IMG/VR virus record: IMGVR_UViG_3300025864_000004
Coordinates: 1 to 50,950 of that record
Source of the DNA: a virus
Taxonomy: Duplodnaviria > Caudoviricetes
Direction: 5' to 3' (one strand)
Length of the DNA stretch: 50,950 nt
Position 1 is the stretch's first letter. Every line of letters starts with the position of its first letter. The notes beneath the pieces are model-generated. The model worked only from the letters and a program-made list of their open reading frames with translations. It had not been told where the DNA came from and made no database searches. Below are positions 28,850 to 37,397 of the stretch, in pieces. A program made the position numbers and the translations under genes.

Positions 28850-29103
28850 ACCAGCCCCTTCTCCCCGAGCTTCCATTGCAGGCTTGCCACCTCGGCCACG
28901 ACCTCGCTCGCCAGAATCACCGGGTCGTCGCAAGGTCCACCCCCAAGCTCGCTCAATGTGGCGCGCATGACATTGTCGACGGAGATTCGTTCAGCCTTCA
29001 GCCGCTCGTTCTCCGCCTCCAGATCAGCGATGCGGTCGTTGGCAAGGTGGCACTCCAAGGCGGAGAACATCACCTTGTGGAATGGCGGTAGCAGATTGCT
29101 CAC
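28846..29103 (-). CDS. Coiled-coil protein (IADLEAE family)
   Basis: AAGGAG RBS; RIADLEAENERLK. Confidence 0.7.
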   Translation of the reverse strand: MSNLLPPFHKVMFSALECHLANDRIADLEAENERLKAERISVDNVMRATLSELGGGPCDDPVILASEVVAEVASLQWKLGEKGLV

Positions 29104-29127
29104 CGTGTGCTCTCCTTCATCTTACTA

Positions 29128-29745
29128 TCAAAATGGTATGTCGTCATCGTCGCTAGCAGCAGGGGCCTGCATATCAGCGAGGCTCACAGGGGCTTGGCTG
29201 AGAACACTTCCATCGCCTGCTCCAGTAGTATCTGGAAAGGTGGCGGCCGGAGTCATGTCTGCCCACGCCAGCACCTTGTCACAGTAGGAAAGGAAGTCGT
29301 CTTCTGTCGGCGCGTTGCCGGCGTAAAGCGTGGCTACCGCAGAAGCGATCTCCTGACGTTGAATCTGCACGGGGGTACGGAACTGACCCTCCTTGCTGAA
29401 GGACGCGCTGCCGCCGGTGCTGCTGCCGCTGCTGTCGCCCGTCCACTTCTCCTTCTGCGGGAACGTGTAGGCTTCTCCGGGCTGGGCGGGCACGGCCTCA
29501 TTGATGAACTTCATCATGGTGCCGGGATGGTTGGTGGACTCAACCACGTCGTAGCTGATCTTGATGCGAGCACCGATGGTCATAATGGCGGCGCAGTTGA
29601 CGTTGCCCTGCTTCGCATTGTAGTTCCACGTGAACTGACTACCGCAAGTGAGCTTTACCTTGGTCGGGGGGTTCCCGCCCTGAGTTATCTGCACGTTCTC
29701 AACGCTGATGACGGCTATGGCGTTCTTAACGGGCTGAAAGTCCAT
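29128..29745 (-). CDS. Probable single-stranded DNA-binding protein
   Basis: Beta-rich N-terminus, acidic tail DDDDIPF, AAAGGAG RBS. Confidence 0.65.
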   Translation of the reverse strand: MDFQPVKNAIAVISVENVQITQGGNPPTKVKLTCGSQFTWNYNAKQGNVNCAAIMTIGARIKISYDVVESTNHPGTMMKFINEAVPAQPGEAYTFPQKEKWTGDSSGSSTGGSASFSKEGQFRTPVQIQRQEIASAVATLYAGNAPTEDDFLSYCDKVLAWADMTPAATFPDTTGAGDGSVLSQAPVSLADMQAPAASDDDDIPF

Positions 29746-29804
29746 CTCTCTCCTTTGGCTGGGAAAGCCCGCCGTAGCGGGCCTCCCGTTAGTCTTCTGT
29801 AAGC

Positions 29805-29838
29805 ATCCTAGCACACTAAGTGATGTCCGCTACCATCC
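29805..29838 (-). promoter_or_regulatory. Promoter of the replication operon, GGATGG class
   Basis: GGATGGTAG-N19-TAGGAT with TGc. Confidence 0.7.
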
Positions 29839-29841
29839 TCT

Positions 29842-30045
29842 TTACGGCTTCGCGTTGATAATCTCCATAAATTTGGCCAGCGCAGAACGGAATCCAATGG
29901 ACAGAGCACCGATCTGAACAATCAAAAGGCCCAGGTGGTCCGGGTTTGGTACGATCTTCTCGTAAGCAAGCACGCCGTAGACAATGGAAACCACGGCGAT
30001 GATGTAGGTCTTGTTGCCGGACAGAAAGTCGGACAATTGCTTCAT
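29842..30045 (-). CDS. Holin-like membrane protein
   Basis: Two hydrophobic segments; LSGNKTYI motif; downstream of the amidase. Confidence 0.6.
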   Translation of the reverse strand: MKQLSDFLSGNKTYIIAVVSIVYGVLAYEKIVPNPDHLGLLIVQIGALSIGFRSALAKFMEIINAKP

Positions 30046-30326
30046 TTTCTCACCCCCCACCACGGATCGTTGGAAACGAGTACCCCATACAGCGCTACCT
30101 CCAGCGCCATGATCGTGTCGTGCCTGAGTTCTAGGTACATAGATGCGTTGATGGCCTCAATAACCTCGTGCAGAAGTACGGACGCCTGAGTTTCCGGATG
30201 CTGGTCGGGGTCGATGGTGATGTCTTGACGACAGTTGCAGCAGGCCCCCGTGGCATCGTCGCCCATGGGCTGCACGGTGACGGTGTACACCCTGTCGCAT
30301 ATCTTGACGGTAGGCGGGAGCCCCAT
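30042..30326 (-). CDS. Zn metallopeptidase-like protein (HExxE variant)
   Basis: G.C....Q.I.I......SVLLHEVIEAI. Confidence 0.65.
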   Translation of the reverse strand: MGLPPTVKICDRVYTVTVQPMGDDATGACCNCRQDITIDPDQHPETQASVLLHEVIEAINASMYLELRHDTIMALEVALYGVLVSNDPWWGVRK

Positions 30327-30624
30327 CAGGCTGTCTGCATCGCTGGGAAGTAGCTGATGCACGCGCAGACACCCTTGCCCAGGTGCTCCGCTGCCGGGCA
30401 CCCATTCTGTCCGTGCCGACAGGTGCGGCACACGTCAGGGTCCTTGACGTAAGGGCGGGGCCTGGGTTTTGCTACACTCTTCACTCGTTCACCTGTTCCT
30501 TGCGGAGATAGTCCTTGGTACAGCCGTGCCACGCTAACCTACACTGCTTGGTGACTTCGCATTTGCCGATAGGCCGTTCCTCCTGCTTGAAATACATGCA
30601 TGTCAAGCACTCTTTACGCTTCAT
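30326..30624 (-). other. Two small Cys-rich ORFs (30481-30624 and 30326-30484)
   Basis: MKRKECLTC...; VKSVAKP...CRTC; coupled. Confidence 0.5.
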
Positions 30625-31448
30625 AGTCGGCCCTCCACGTGGACTTTGTTCCGAATAGGCGTAAAGACGAGGCGGGGAGTGAGCAGGACCGTGGGGCTGT
30701 AGTCCTTGGCCTCGCCGTAGCAGTTACGATCTTTGGCGTAGGTTTGTAGGTACGATGCTGAGTGGCAGACCCAGCTCACCCGGTCCACGAGGTCCTCTAC
30801 ATTCTTACGTCGCGAGAGACTGGCAACGGGCTGCAAGAAGCAGCGGTGAGAGTGGCCCCTGACCAACAGGTCAACATCCTTGAAGTGCGTGAGCTTCTTG
30901 GTCATGCTGGTGATCCCAGCCCCGTCTGACTGCGGCACCGCCGACCCGTGAGCACTGTTGATTACGAACTCGGCAACGTGCTTGTTCTTGTCCTTGAACT
31001 GGAGCGTCGTGGTACACATTCCTTCGCTATATACATCCTCGATGCCCATTCGCTGACACATGTCACGACCCACCTCGGTGCCGTTCCACTTGTCGAGATA
31101 CTCCTCGTGGTTGCCTCGGTGGAATACCAAACACTTTCCGGCAATAGGACCGAAAAACTCTGCTCCATCACGCTTCACCTCGTCACTCATTTTGTCGGTT
31201 CGCTCTGGGGGGATGATGCTGTAGTCGATGGCCTTGCTGTCCCAGCGGCGTGAGTCCTTCGGATCAATGCAGTCATGGGAATCACCCGCCTGTATCCAGA
31301 GAGCGTGGGAGTCGCTCAGGATGGAGTCGCGCACCATGTTCATGCGACCCTTGTCGGCGTTGACGTTGCCCCTGTGCTGGTCCCCGAACAGGGTGAGGGT
31401 GAAGACATCTCCGGGCTCATAGTTGATTACTTTTGTGATGAACTTCAT
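30621..31448 (-). CDS. Metallophosphoesterase
   Basis: GDQH, GDSHD, GNHE, AHG, GHSH. Confidence 0.88.
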   Translation of the reverse strand: MKFITKVINYEPGDVFTLTLFGDQHRGNVNADKGRMNMVRDSILSDSHALWIQAGDSHDCIDPKDSRRWDSKAIDYSIIPPERTDKMSDEVKRDGAEFFGPIAGKCLVFHRGNHEEYLDKWNGTEVGRDMCQRMGIEDVYSEGMCTTTLQFKDKNKHVAEFVINSAHGSAVPQSDGAGITSMTKKLTHFKDVDLLVRGHSHRCFLQPVASLSRRKNVEDLVDRVSWVCHSASYLQTYAKDRNCYGEAKDYSPTVLLTPRLVFTPIRNKVHVEGRL

Positions 31449-31642
31449 CAGTCGAAGTCGCGACCAGCGACCATCTTCTCGGGCCGTGGCTTTCTACAAG
31501 CCGGGTCCTGATGGTCAGTAAAGAACGCACACTCCATAGGGCTGGGCTCCCCCCAAAGCTCGCGATACCCACGCATGGCAAGCACTATGAACGCGCACTT
31601 GTGGTGGTGGGCGCAGCACTGCTCACAGTGGATTAAGCTCAC
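31448..31642 (-). CDS. Small Cys-rich hypothetical protein
   Basis: Coupled; CEQC...C...C. Confidence 0.5.
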   Translation of the reverse strand: MSLIHCEQCCAHHHKCAFIVLAMRGYRELWGEPSPMECAFFTDHQDPACRKPRPEKMVAGRDFD

Positions 31643-32346
31643 TGCGTGATCTTGCCGAAGTGATAGAACTTTCCGGGACACGCCGTGCTGTTCCCGCTCA
31701 TGTTCTTGTGCTGCCAGTCAGGTCGTCCGTACTTCTTGTTCAGGTAGCGGTGGACTGCCTGCGCGGCCTTGAGCTGCGCGGTCGGCATGTCATCGTGTGC
31801 CTCGTAGTTCCCCTCAAGACAGACGCCGATGCAATCGTTGTGGCCGAGGCAGTGAGCGCCCATGGTGTTCTCGGGGCGACCGGCGTAGACCTTGCCGTCG
31901 CGGCGGATGTAAAGGGTGTAGGCGATGCCGCGGTCTCCAATCTTCACGTGGTAGGCGTGAATCTCCTCGGGGCTACCAAATCCGGCGGCGTGATGCCAGA
32001 CGGTGCCCGGAGGACCGCCCCGCCGCGCGACCGGCGCACCGTTCCATTTGTAGTCCGGATGGATGATGTGGAGCGGAGGAAGCAGGTTCGGGAACAACTG
32101 GGCCACCAGCTCCTTCGTCTTCTGCGTCGACTGCAACACCGGCTTGCCGTGCTTGTGCATGTGTCCAGAGACACGCCATGCTAGCGTGCGCTTCCCCGTG
32201 CCCCACACGGGGACTAGCGTACTCACCTTGGGTACGGCTATCGTCCCCCGCGTACACCCAAGGTGGTTCTCGGCATAGATCAGCATCTTCTTCGTTGTGG
32301 CAATGTTCGTCGGCACAAGCATCCTCCCTCTAGTTTGTGTTGACAT
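31639..32346 (-). CDS. Endolysin, N-acetylmuramoyl-L-alanine amidase (Amidase_2)
   Basis: WHHAAG, YIRRDG...GRP, GAHC, IGVCLEGNY, HK...TACPG. Confidence 0.92.
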   Translation of the reverse strand: MSTQTRGRMLVPTNIATTKKMLIYAENHLGCTRGTIAVPKVSTLVPVWGTGKRTLAWRVSGHMHKHGKPVLQSTQKTKELVAQLFPNLLPPLHIIHPDYKWNGAPVARRGGPPGTVWHHAAGFGSPEEIHAYHVKIGDRGIAYTLYIRRDGKVYAGRPENTMGAHCLGHNDCIGVCLEGNYEAHDDMPTAQLKAAQAVHRYLNKKYGRPDWQHKNMSGNSTACPGKFYHFGKITQ

Positions 32347-32647
32347 TCAGAATTTTGTGGCGAGCCTTGTGACACGGCCTGCACAGGACAACGCAAGCCT
32401 CCAGCTCCTCTTCGAGTGAATCGATGGAGAAGTGATACATCCGGGATATGTTGTATCTCTTGGTGGACGGATCGACATGGTGATGTTCCAGCAAGCCCTC
32501 GTGCGTCTCGCAGTCCTCGCAGCCGCTGACAGTTCTCAGTATCTGGAGCCATTCGGCGAACTCTGCGTACTCCCCCTTGTCCTCCTCCCGGTGTTCTACG
32601 CGATAGGCTCTACTGTAAGCACGATGCACTACGCTACACTGTGGCAA
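32330..32647 (-). CDS. HNH endonuclease
   Basis: GCEDC...HHHVDP..KRY...CVVLCRPCH; paralog of 12407 and 44296. Confidence 0.8.
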   Translation of the reverse strand: MPQCSVVHRAYSRAYRVEHREEDKGEYAEFAEWLQILRTVSGCEDCETHEGLLEHHHVDPSTKRYNISRMYHFSIDSLEEELEACVVLCRPCHKARHKILNVNTN

Positions 32648-32683
32648 GGCTTCCCTCCACTTCTTCTAGTTTACCCTAGCCTT

Positions 32684-32728
32684 ATTGTAGCATGAAAAAG
32701 GGCCGCGTCAACCATCCGCAACCCCTTT
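32684..32728 (-). terminator. Intrinsic terminator overlapping a GGATGG-class promoter of the lysis block
   Basis: AAGGGGTTGCG-loop-CGCGGCCCTTTTT; GGATGGTTG-N19-TACAAT at 32717-32684. Confidence 0.7.
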
Positions 32729-32734
32729 GTAGAG

Positions 32735-32806
32735 CTAGATATGTCTTAGCAGAACGACCGCGATAACTACGACAACGAGTACGATGAGTACGGTCTCAAG
32801 AGACAT
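32735..32806 (-). CDS. 23-aa single-TM peptide
   Basis: AGGAGG RBS; MSLETVLIVLVVVVIAVVLLRHI. Confidence 0.65.
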   Translation of the reverse strand: MSLETVLIVLVVVVIAVVLLRHI

Positions 32807-32816
32807 GGAGCACCTC

Positions 32817-33173
32817 CTATTGGCTGAGCAGGATGATGATCGTGACTGCGGCGGCGGCGGTGGAGATGGCGAACCCAACGCCGTAGAGGGTGGCCTTACT
32901 ACCCTCTCCACGACCCGCACCCTTCTCCGCGCGGGTACTTAGGTCGCTGATCCGTTCGTCCTGTTGTGCTGAGCGAGCGGAGGCGAGAATCTCAGCCTTG
33001 TCGTTGGCCTTCTCTGCCGCCGTGAGGGCGAGGCCGGTGGCGTCCTCCTGAGCCTTGAATCGGTCCTCAATGCGAGCCCATTGAGCCTCGGAAACGTCCT
33101 TGAGCGCTTCTACCGCAACCACGAGCGATGCCACCCGCGCGACCATCTCTTCTCTGAATGCCTGCTCCGTCAC
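32817..33173 (-). CDS. Coiled-coil protein with C-terminal TM (lysis-associated?)
   Basis: Heptad-rich with hydrophobic C-terminus. Confidence 0.7.
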   Translation of the reverse strand: MTEQAFREEMVARVASLVVAVEALKDVSEAQWARIEDRFKAQEDATGLALTAAEKANDKAEILASARSAQQDERISDLSTRAEKGAGRGEGSKATLYGVGFAISTAAAAVTIIILLSQ

Positions 33174-35137
33174 GACTGCTCCCGAACGACGATCTTGGCC
33201 AAGCCGCTCGGACCCTCGGAGGAGGAGGTGGGCGCAGGCGTGAACTCCACTGTCTCGATTGCTCCTTGGTAGACACCGGCGAACCTATCCTCAAAGGTGG
33301 CCCGCTCGTTGGCGGTGGCGTAGAGGAACCTCAGCGCCGTCTCTGGGTCCCCCCCCCACTTACCAGCGTTCGCCCCGCTCCTGCAATCAAGAGAGTAGGT
33401 GTGCTTCTTGTTCTTTACGAAGTTCCAGATGACGTTGATACCGTGAACAAGCGGAGAGATAGCCTTGGTGTAGTCAGGGGTCATCCCCATAGTCGTCTCG
33501 ATGGAGTAGCCCTGTTGGTCAATCGGGAAGCGGGTTTCCTGCGGACTGTAGGCTTGTCCATTGGCTGTACCGTACACACCGTCTATCAGCCAGCTCATAG
33601 GTCTGACGGTAGCCCCGTCTGGAAGTACGTCGTGCGACACTGAGACGTACCTGAAGTCCTTCTTCATTGAGCCGGTGTGGAATGTGGTCGGTGACTGCGT
33701 GATCCAGCCGATGTCGTTGTATCCACCAGCGGTTAGCGCCCAGCCGACACTGTGGTTGTAGAGAACCAGGCCCGCCGTCCCGGCAGTCGTCACGTTGACG
33801 GGGATAGAAAAGGTCGTATCGCTTACCCTCGTTGCCACGTATGAGCCGTTGATGAGGGGCACGGAGCCCACGCTTCCAGCTATCACTACCACCTGAGCCG
33901 TGGCGGCTGGAATGCCGTGGGCTGCTGACGTGGTGACAATGGTTGGGTTAGCCAGAGTGTTGCCCGTGATGGTGAGAATCATGGCGTCCTCACCTTTGGA
34001 GTACGGAGCAAATAGCCTTCCCGCTCGATAGGCGAGTGAGGGGCGGAAGATACTCGTGCTTAGTGATGGAGAAGTCGCGACAGCATCGGCAGTCTTATAG
34101 CGTATGATAACGACGCCCGAGCCACCCGCACCACCGGCGTACTGCGCACCCGTCCCGCCACCCCCACCTCCGGTATTGATGATTCCTGGGTTTCCCCAAC
34201 CCTCATACGGACTTCTACCCGCACCCCCGCCGTGCCGTGCCCCACCACCGGAACCCACGCCGAACATACCGCCGCCGCCGCCGCCTGCGTAACCCACCAT
34301 TTGACCGGACATACCGCTGACAAATCCAGTCCCACCGTCACCAGCTTTTCGCGGAGTGGTGGAGAATGTGCCATTGGGGCTGTAGGCGGTCCCATTCGCA
34401 TTTGTTGCATACGCCCTAACGTAGTAAAGCGTGGATGGTTCCAGTCCGGTCTGAGTAAATGAGAACTCTCCAACCCCCCCCGCACCCCCAACGGTGCTTG
34501 CCCCCGAGTTCGGAAATTTAGCGACACAAAAACCCACGGCTGAAATAGCCGATCCCCCATCGCCCCCAACATTTCCCGCCAACGAAACAGTCGTAGATGT
34601 CGCTCCAGAAAAGGTGACATTTACTACATTCGTCGGAACAGTTGTTCCATTGGGAGCCGGAGGAGGGGGAGGAGCTGGAGCGACGTAGGGCTCATACGTT
34701 ATGCTGACCGTTATCTGGTCAATATGGACGTTGACCGCTGCTCCTGTAGTTCTGCCGACATCCACCCCGAGGCTTAGATAGCCCGGATCATTCGCCTGTG
34801 CGGGGGTACACAGGGTCCTGTAAGCGCCATCACTTACCCATCTTCCCGATACGGCACCCGTATCGTAGGCGATGGTCGACCCTTGGAGACTAAGGTATAT
34901 GTAACTTCCCGTATTACTTCCCCACCAATAAGCAGCCCCAGAAATCCCAGTAATGGTGGCGTTGAGGGGTATGGAGAAGCCGAAGTTGGAAGAGATCGCA
35001 GTGTTCGCTGCATCACCAGCCCGAAGATTGCAGGTAGCGAGATAGGAGTCTCTATTCTGAAGGAAACTTGGGCTGAAGTTGGTCCACCGTGAACCGGGAA
35101 TTGTCGAACCAGCGGTCCTAGTTACCGTTACTGACAT
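33170..35137 (-). CDS. Tail protein: domain X + FN3-like + Gly-rich C-half + probable nozzle C-terminal part
   Basis: WTN/FGFSIP domain; YYVRAYATN..GTAY; GGSGVVIIRY; FCCH-like insert; GWITQS...KKDFRYVSV. Confidence 0.8.
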   Translation of the reverse strand: MSVTVTRTAGSTIPGSRWTNFSPSFLQNRDSYLATCNLRAGDAANTAISSNFGFSIPLNATITGISGAAYWWGSNTGSYIYLSLQGSTIAYDTGAVSGRWVSDGAYRTLCTPAQANDPGYLSLGVDVGRTTGAAVNVHIDQITVSITYEPYVAPAPPPPPAPNGTTVPTNVVNVTFSGATSTTVSLAGNVGGDGGSAISAVGFCVAKFPNSGASTVGGAGGVGEFSFTQTGLEPSTLYYVRAYATNANGTAYSPNGTFSTTPRKAGDGGTGFVSGMSGQMVGYAGGGGGGMFGVGSGGGARHGGGAGRSPYEGWGNPGIINTGGGGGGTGAQYAGGAGGSGVVIIRYKTADAVATSPSLSTSIFRPSLAYRAGRLFAPYSKGEDAMILTITGNTLANPTIVTTSAAHGIPAATAQVVVIAGSVGSVPLINGSYVATRVSDTTFSIPVNVTTAGTAGLVLYNHSVGWALTAGGYNDIGWITQSPTTFHTGSMKKDFRYVSVSHDVLPDGATVRPMSWLIDGVYGTANGQAYSPQETRFPIDQQGYSIETTMGMTPDYTKAISPLVHGINVIWNFVKNKKHTYSLDCRSGANAGKWGGDPETALRFLYATANERATFEDRFAGVYQGAIETVEFTPAPTSSSEGPSGLAKIVVREQS

Positions 35138-36891
35138 TAGCTTGCCTGCCCCGCTTGTCCAGCAGCACCCTTGCCGCCGCCTCCACCCGCAGGATACGGT
35201 GCGACGATGCTGCCCGAGCTACCGCCCGCGTGGCCCTCAGTGGCAGCGCCACCAGCATGTTGCGCGGCGCTATCGGCACCGCCACCTCCGCCGGAAGCAC
35301 CCGCACCACCCTGCGCTGCATTCTTGCCACCATACCCCCCGCCATTTGCGGTGTATGTACCGAAAACGCTGGCGACCCCAACAGTCCCATTTGCAGTCAG
35401 TACCGCGCCACCGGCACCACCGTCACCAACAGTAACCGTCATACTCCCGCTGACTGCCTGTACTCCCGAGAGGACACTGCCCCCGCCGCCGCCACCAGAG
35501 GAGCCCCCGCCGCCGCCGCCGACCACAAGAACCTCTGCGTTGATGGGGGATAACAGGTTGCCGTACTTATCAACACGGGGAGGACATACCAGCGTCCCCG
35601 AACCAGTAAAGGTGTGAATCGTGTACTCTCCAACGGTTGTGATGACGCCTCCAGTTGGAAGTACGTCGCTTGCCGTCTCGGTGGTGATTCGCGCATCGGA
35701 CCCCGCGCCGATGAAGTCGAAGACGTGGGAGTGTCCACCGTCGTCAATGTCCCAGCGATAGCAATCCCTCTCGGTGAGGAAGTACTCGTCCTTGACGCCG
35801 ATACATGCCGCCCTGATCCTGTTGTCGTTGCTAACGTCTGTGGGAATCTCCGTCTTCTCGGGCTCGTCGCCGATCTCAAACAGAAGGGCCGACATTCCAC
35901 CGGCAAGTCTGTAGACAGCTCCCTTGCCCACATTGGGGATTTGGCTCTCGAAGTATCCGCCAACATCAACGTTGCCAAGGTAGCCCACGGCACAGGTAGC
36001 GATGTAGCTGGCGGGGAACTCAGCACTCTGTTCCGTGGTCATGGTCGAAGCCGCCGAGTCGTAGGTCAGCTTGTAGACATACGACCTACCATTCTGTGCG
36101 ACTACCCAGTACACGGCGTTCCCAGCCGACACCAGGGCGATAGACAGGTTTGTGCCGTTGAGGAAGGCGGGCGTCTTCTGCGTGTAAACCCCGGTTGTGG
36201 AGTCCACCAGTCCCGCCCCGAGGGCTGTCGCACCGAAGAGGAAGCCTCCGTTATAGGCCAGATGTTCGATGGGAGAGGTCGTGCCGGTGGTCCCGAACTT
36301 CGCGAAGGTTCCGACCCCCGCGCCTTTGTTGGACCAGATGCCCGTTGATGCACCGCCGGGAACACTGAAGTAGAGGCTTGTGCCGTCAGTAGTAAACCCA
36401 CCTATCGTAGAACTGATCGCGGTACCGCCAATGGTGGCGCTACTCCACGTTGCGCCGTCATCGGGGGTGTATTTGAGTGTGCCGAGAGAGCCCCCCAGCC
36501 AGATGTAGCCTATGGCCGAGAAGATAGGACCAGCGGTGTTCATTGCCTCGGTGCTCACCACGGGACGAAGCAGCTTGAGCTGCCCCTTTGTGGAAACGTC
36601 AACGTAGGAGCTTTCAAGGTATCGGGAGTATACCGAGGACTCTGAGTCTAGGGTCTTCTGGCCCTCACCCTGAATCCAGTCAAGGTGCGTAATGGCCTTG
36701 TCACCCTCCGTGTCCCTTACGTCGTACTGCCCACCCGCCTGAGTTGGCGTGGACATAGCGGCATTGAGGGGAACATTGGGGGAGGTTGCGGCATGGACGA
36801 CGGCAGGCTGAGTCGGATCGAACACGTAGTCGACGGACGTATCGTCCTGGTCCGTGATGCGGAGGTCGGCACCCCTAAGCGTGTCGGTCAC
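35137..36891 (-). CDS. Tail nozzle-like protein, N-terminal part, plus Gly-rich domain N-half
   Basis: DWIQGEGQ, VDVSTKGQLKL, propeller-like repeats; then YTIHTFTGSG...VLVVGGGGGG. Confidence 0.75.
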   Translation of the reverse strand: MTDTLRGADLRITDQDDTSVDYVFDPTQPAVVHAATSPNVPLNAAMSTPTQAGGQYDVRDTEGDKAITHLDWIQGEGQKTLDSESSVYSRYLESSYVDVSTKGQLKLLRPVVSTEAMNTAGPIFSAIGYIWLGGSLGTLKYTPDDGATWSSATIGGTAISSTIGGFTTDGTSLYFSVPGGASTGIWSNKGAGVGTFAKFGTTGTTSPIEHLAYNGGFLFGATALGAGLVDSTTGVYTQKTPAFLNGTNLSIALVSAGNAVYWVVAQNGRSYVYKLTYDSAASTMTTEQSAEFPASYIATCAVGYLGNVDVGGYFESQIPNVGKGAVYRLAGGMSALLFEIGDEPEKTEIPTDVSNDNRIRAACIGVKDEYFLTERDCYRWDIDDGGHSHVFDFIGAGSDARITTETASDVLPTGGVITTVGEYTIHTFTGSGTLVCPPRVDKYGNLLSPINAEVLVVGGGGGGSSGGGGGGSVLSGVQAVSGSMTVTVGDGGAGGAVLTANGTVGVASVFGTYTANGGGYGGKNAAQGGAGASGGGGGADSAAQHAGGAATEGHAGGSSGSIVAPYPAGGGGGKGAAGQAGQAS

Positions 36892-37397
36892 GAGCCCGCC
36901 TCATAGGTCGCGGTAAACGATATACCGTCTCCAACCCCAAAAGTAAACGGATGTGTAGCATCTACAACCGAGTGGTAGTTGTAGGTCGGTTCTTGGTAGA
37001 TTAGTTGGAACTCTTTGTTCACTCCGTCATCGTGGTTGATTAAGAGTGCGCCCGTCTGGGAACTACTTCCCGAGTTAAGGAGGTAGGCGGTCCCGGCCAG
37101 AATAGGTACACCACTGGATGGAGCAGCAACGGGGGCCGAAAGGCCAACAGTCCCACTGATGGATGTGCTGCTACCAAGGACCAGGGTGAGATATGCGTGA
37201 ACTAGTTTCCCAATCTGTGTATATCGAGCAACTAGAGTACCGTTACCCAGTGTTAGGTTGGTCCATGTGGGTGTCCACGCCTGAAAGACGCCGGGCACGG
37301 TGGGTGTCACCGGAATGGGGTTCCCAACATATCCATGGGCGGGGCAAATCTCCCCGGCGAGGGGGCGTCCGCAATACTTGCACTTCTCGTTGCTCAC
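36888..37397 (-). CDS. Fibre/receptor-binding-like protein with N-terminal Zn ribbon
   Basis: CKYC...CPAH; WTPTWT...ARYTQIGKLV...ISFTATYE. Confidence 0.7.
   Translation of the reverse strand: MSNEKCKYCGRPLAGEICPAHGYVGNPIPVTPTVPGVFQAWTPTWTNLTLGNGTLVARYTQIGKLVHAYLTLVLGSSTSISGTVGLSAPVAAPSSGVPILAGTAYLLNSGSSSQTGALLINHDDGVNKEFQLIYQEPTYNYHSVVDATHPFTFGVGDGISFTATYEAGS

Noticed and set aside
33349-33357. Phase-variable G9 tract (also 8-nt runs near 5603 and 34474)
   Set aside because: Explained by Gly/Pro codons; no evidence of slippage without reads
34349-35139. Gene-60-type ribosomal bypass or self-splicing intron removing the insert
   Set aside because: Gap is ~790 nt and fully coding; the nearest matching AGC landing codon is out of frame (gives TGG TGA); no group I/II intron features seen
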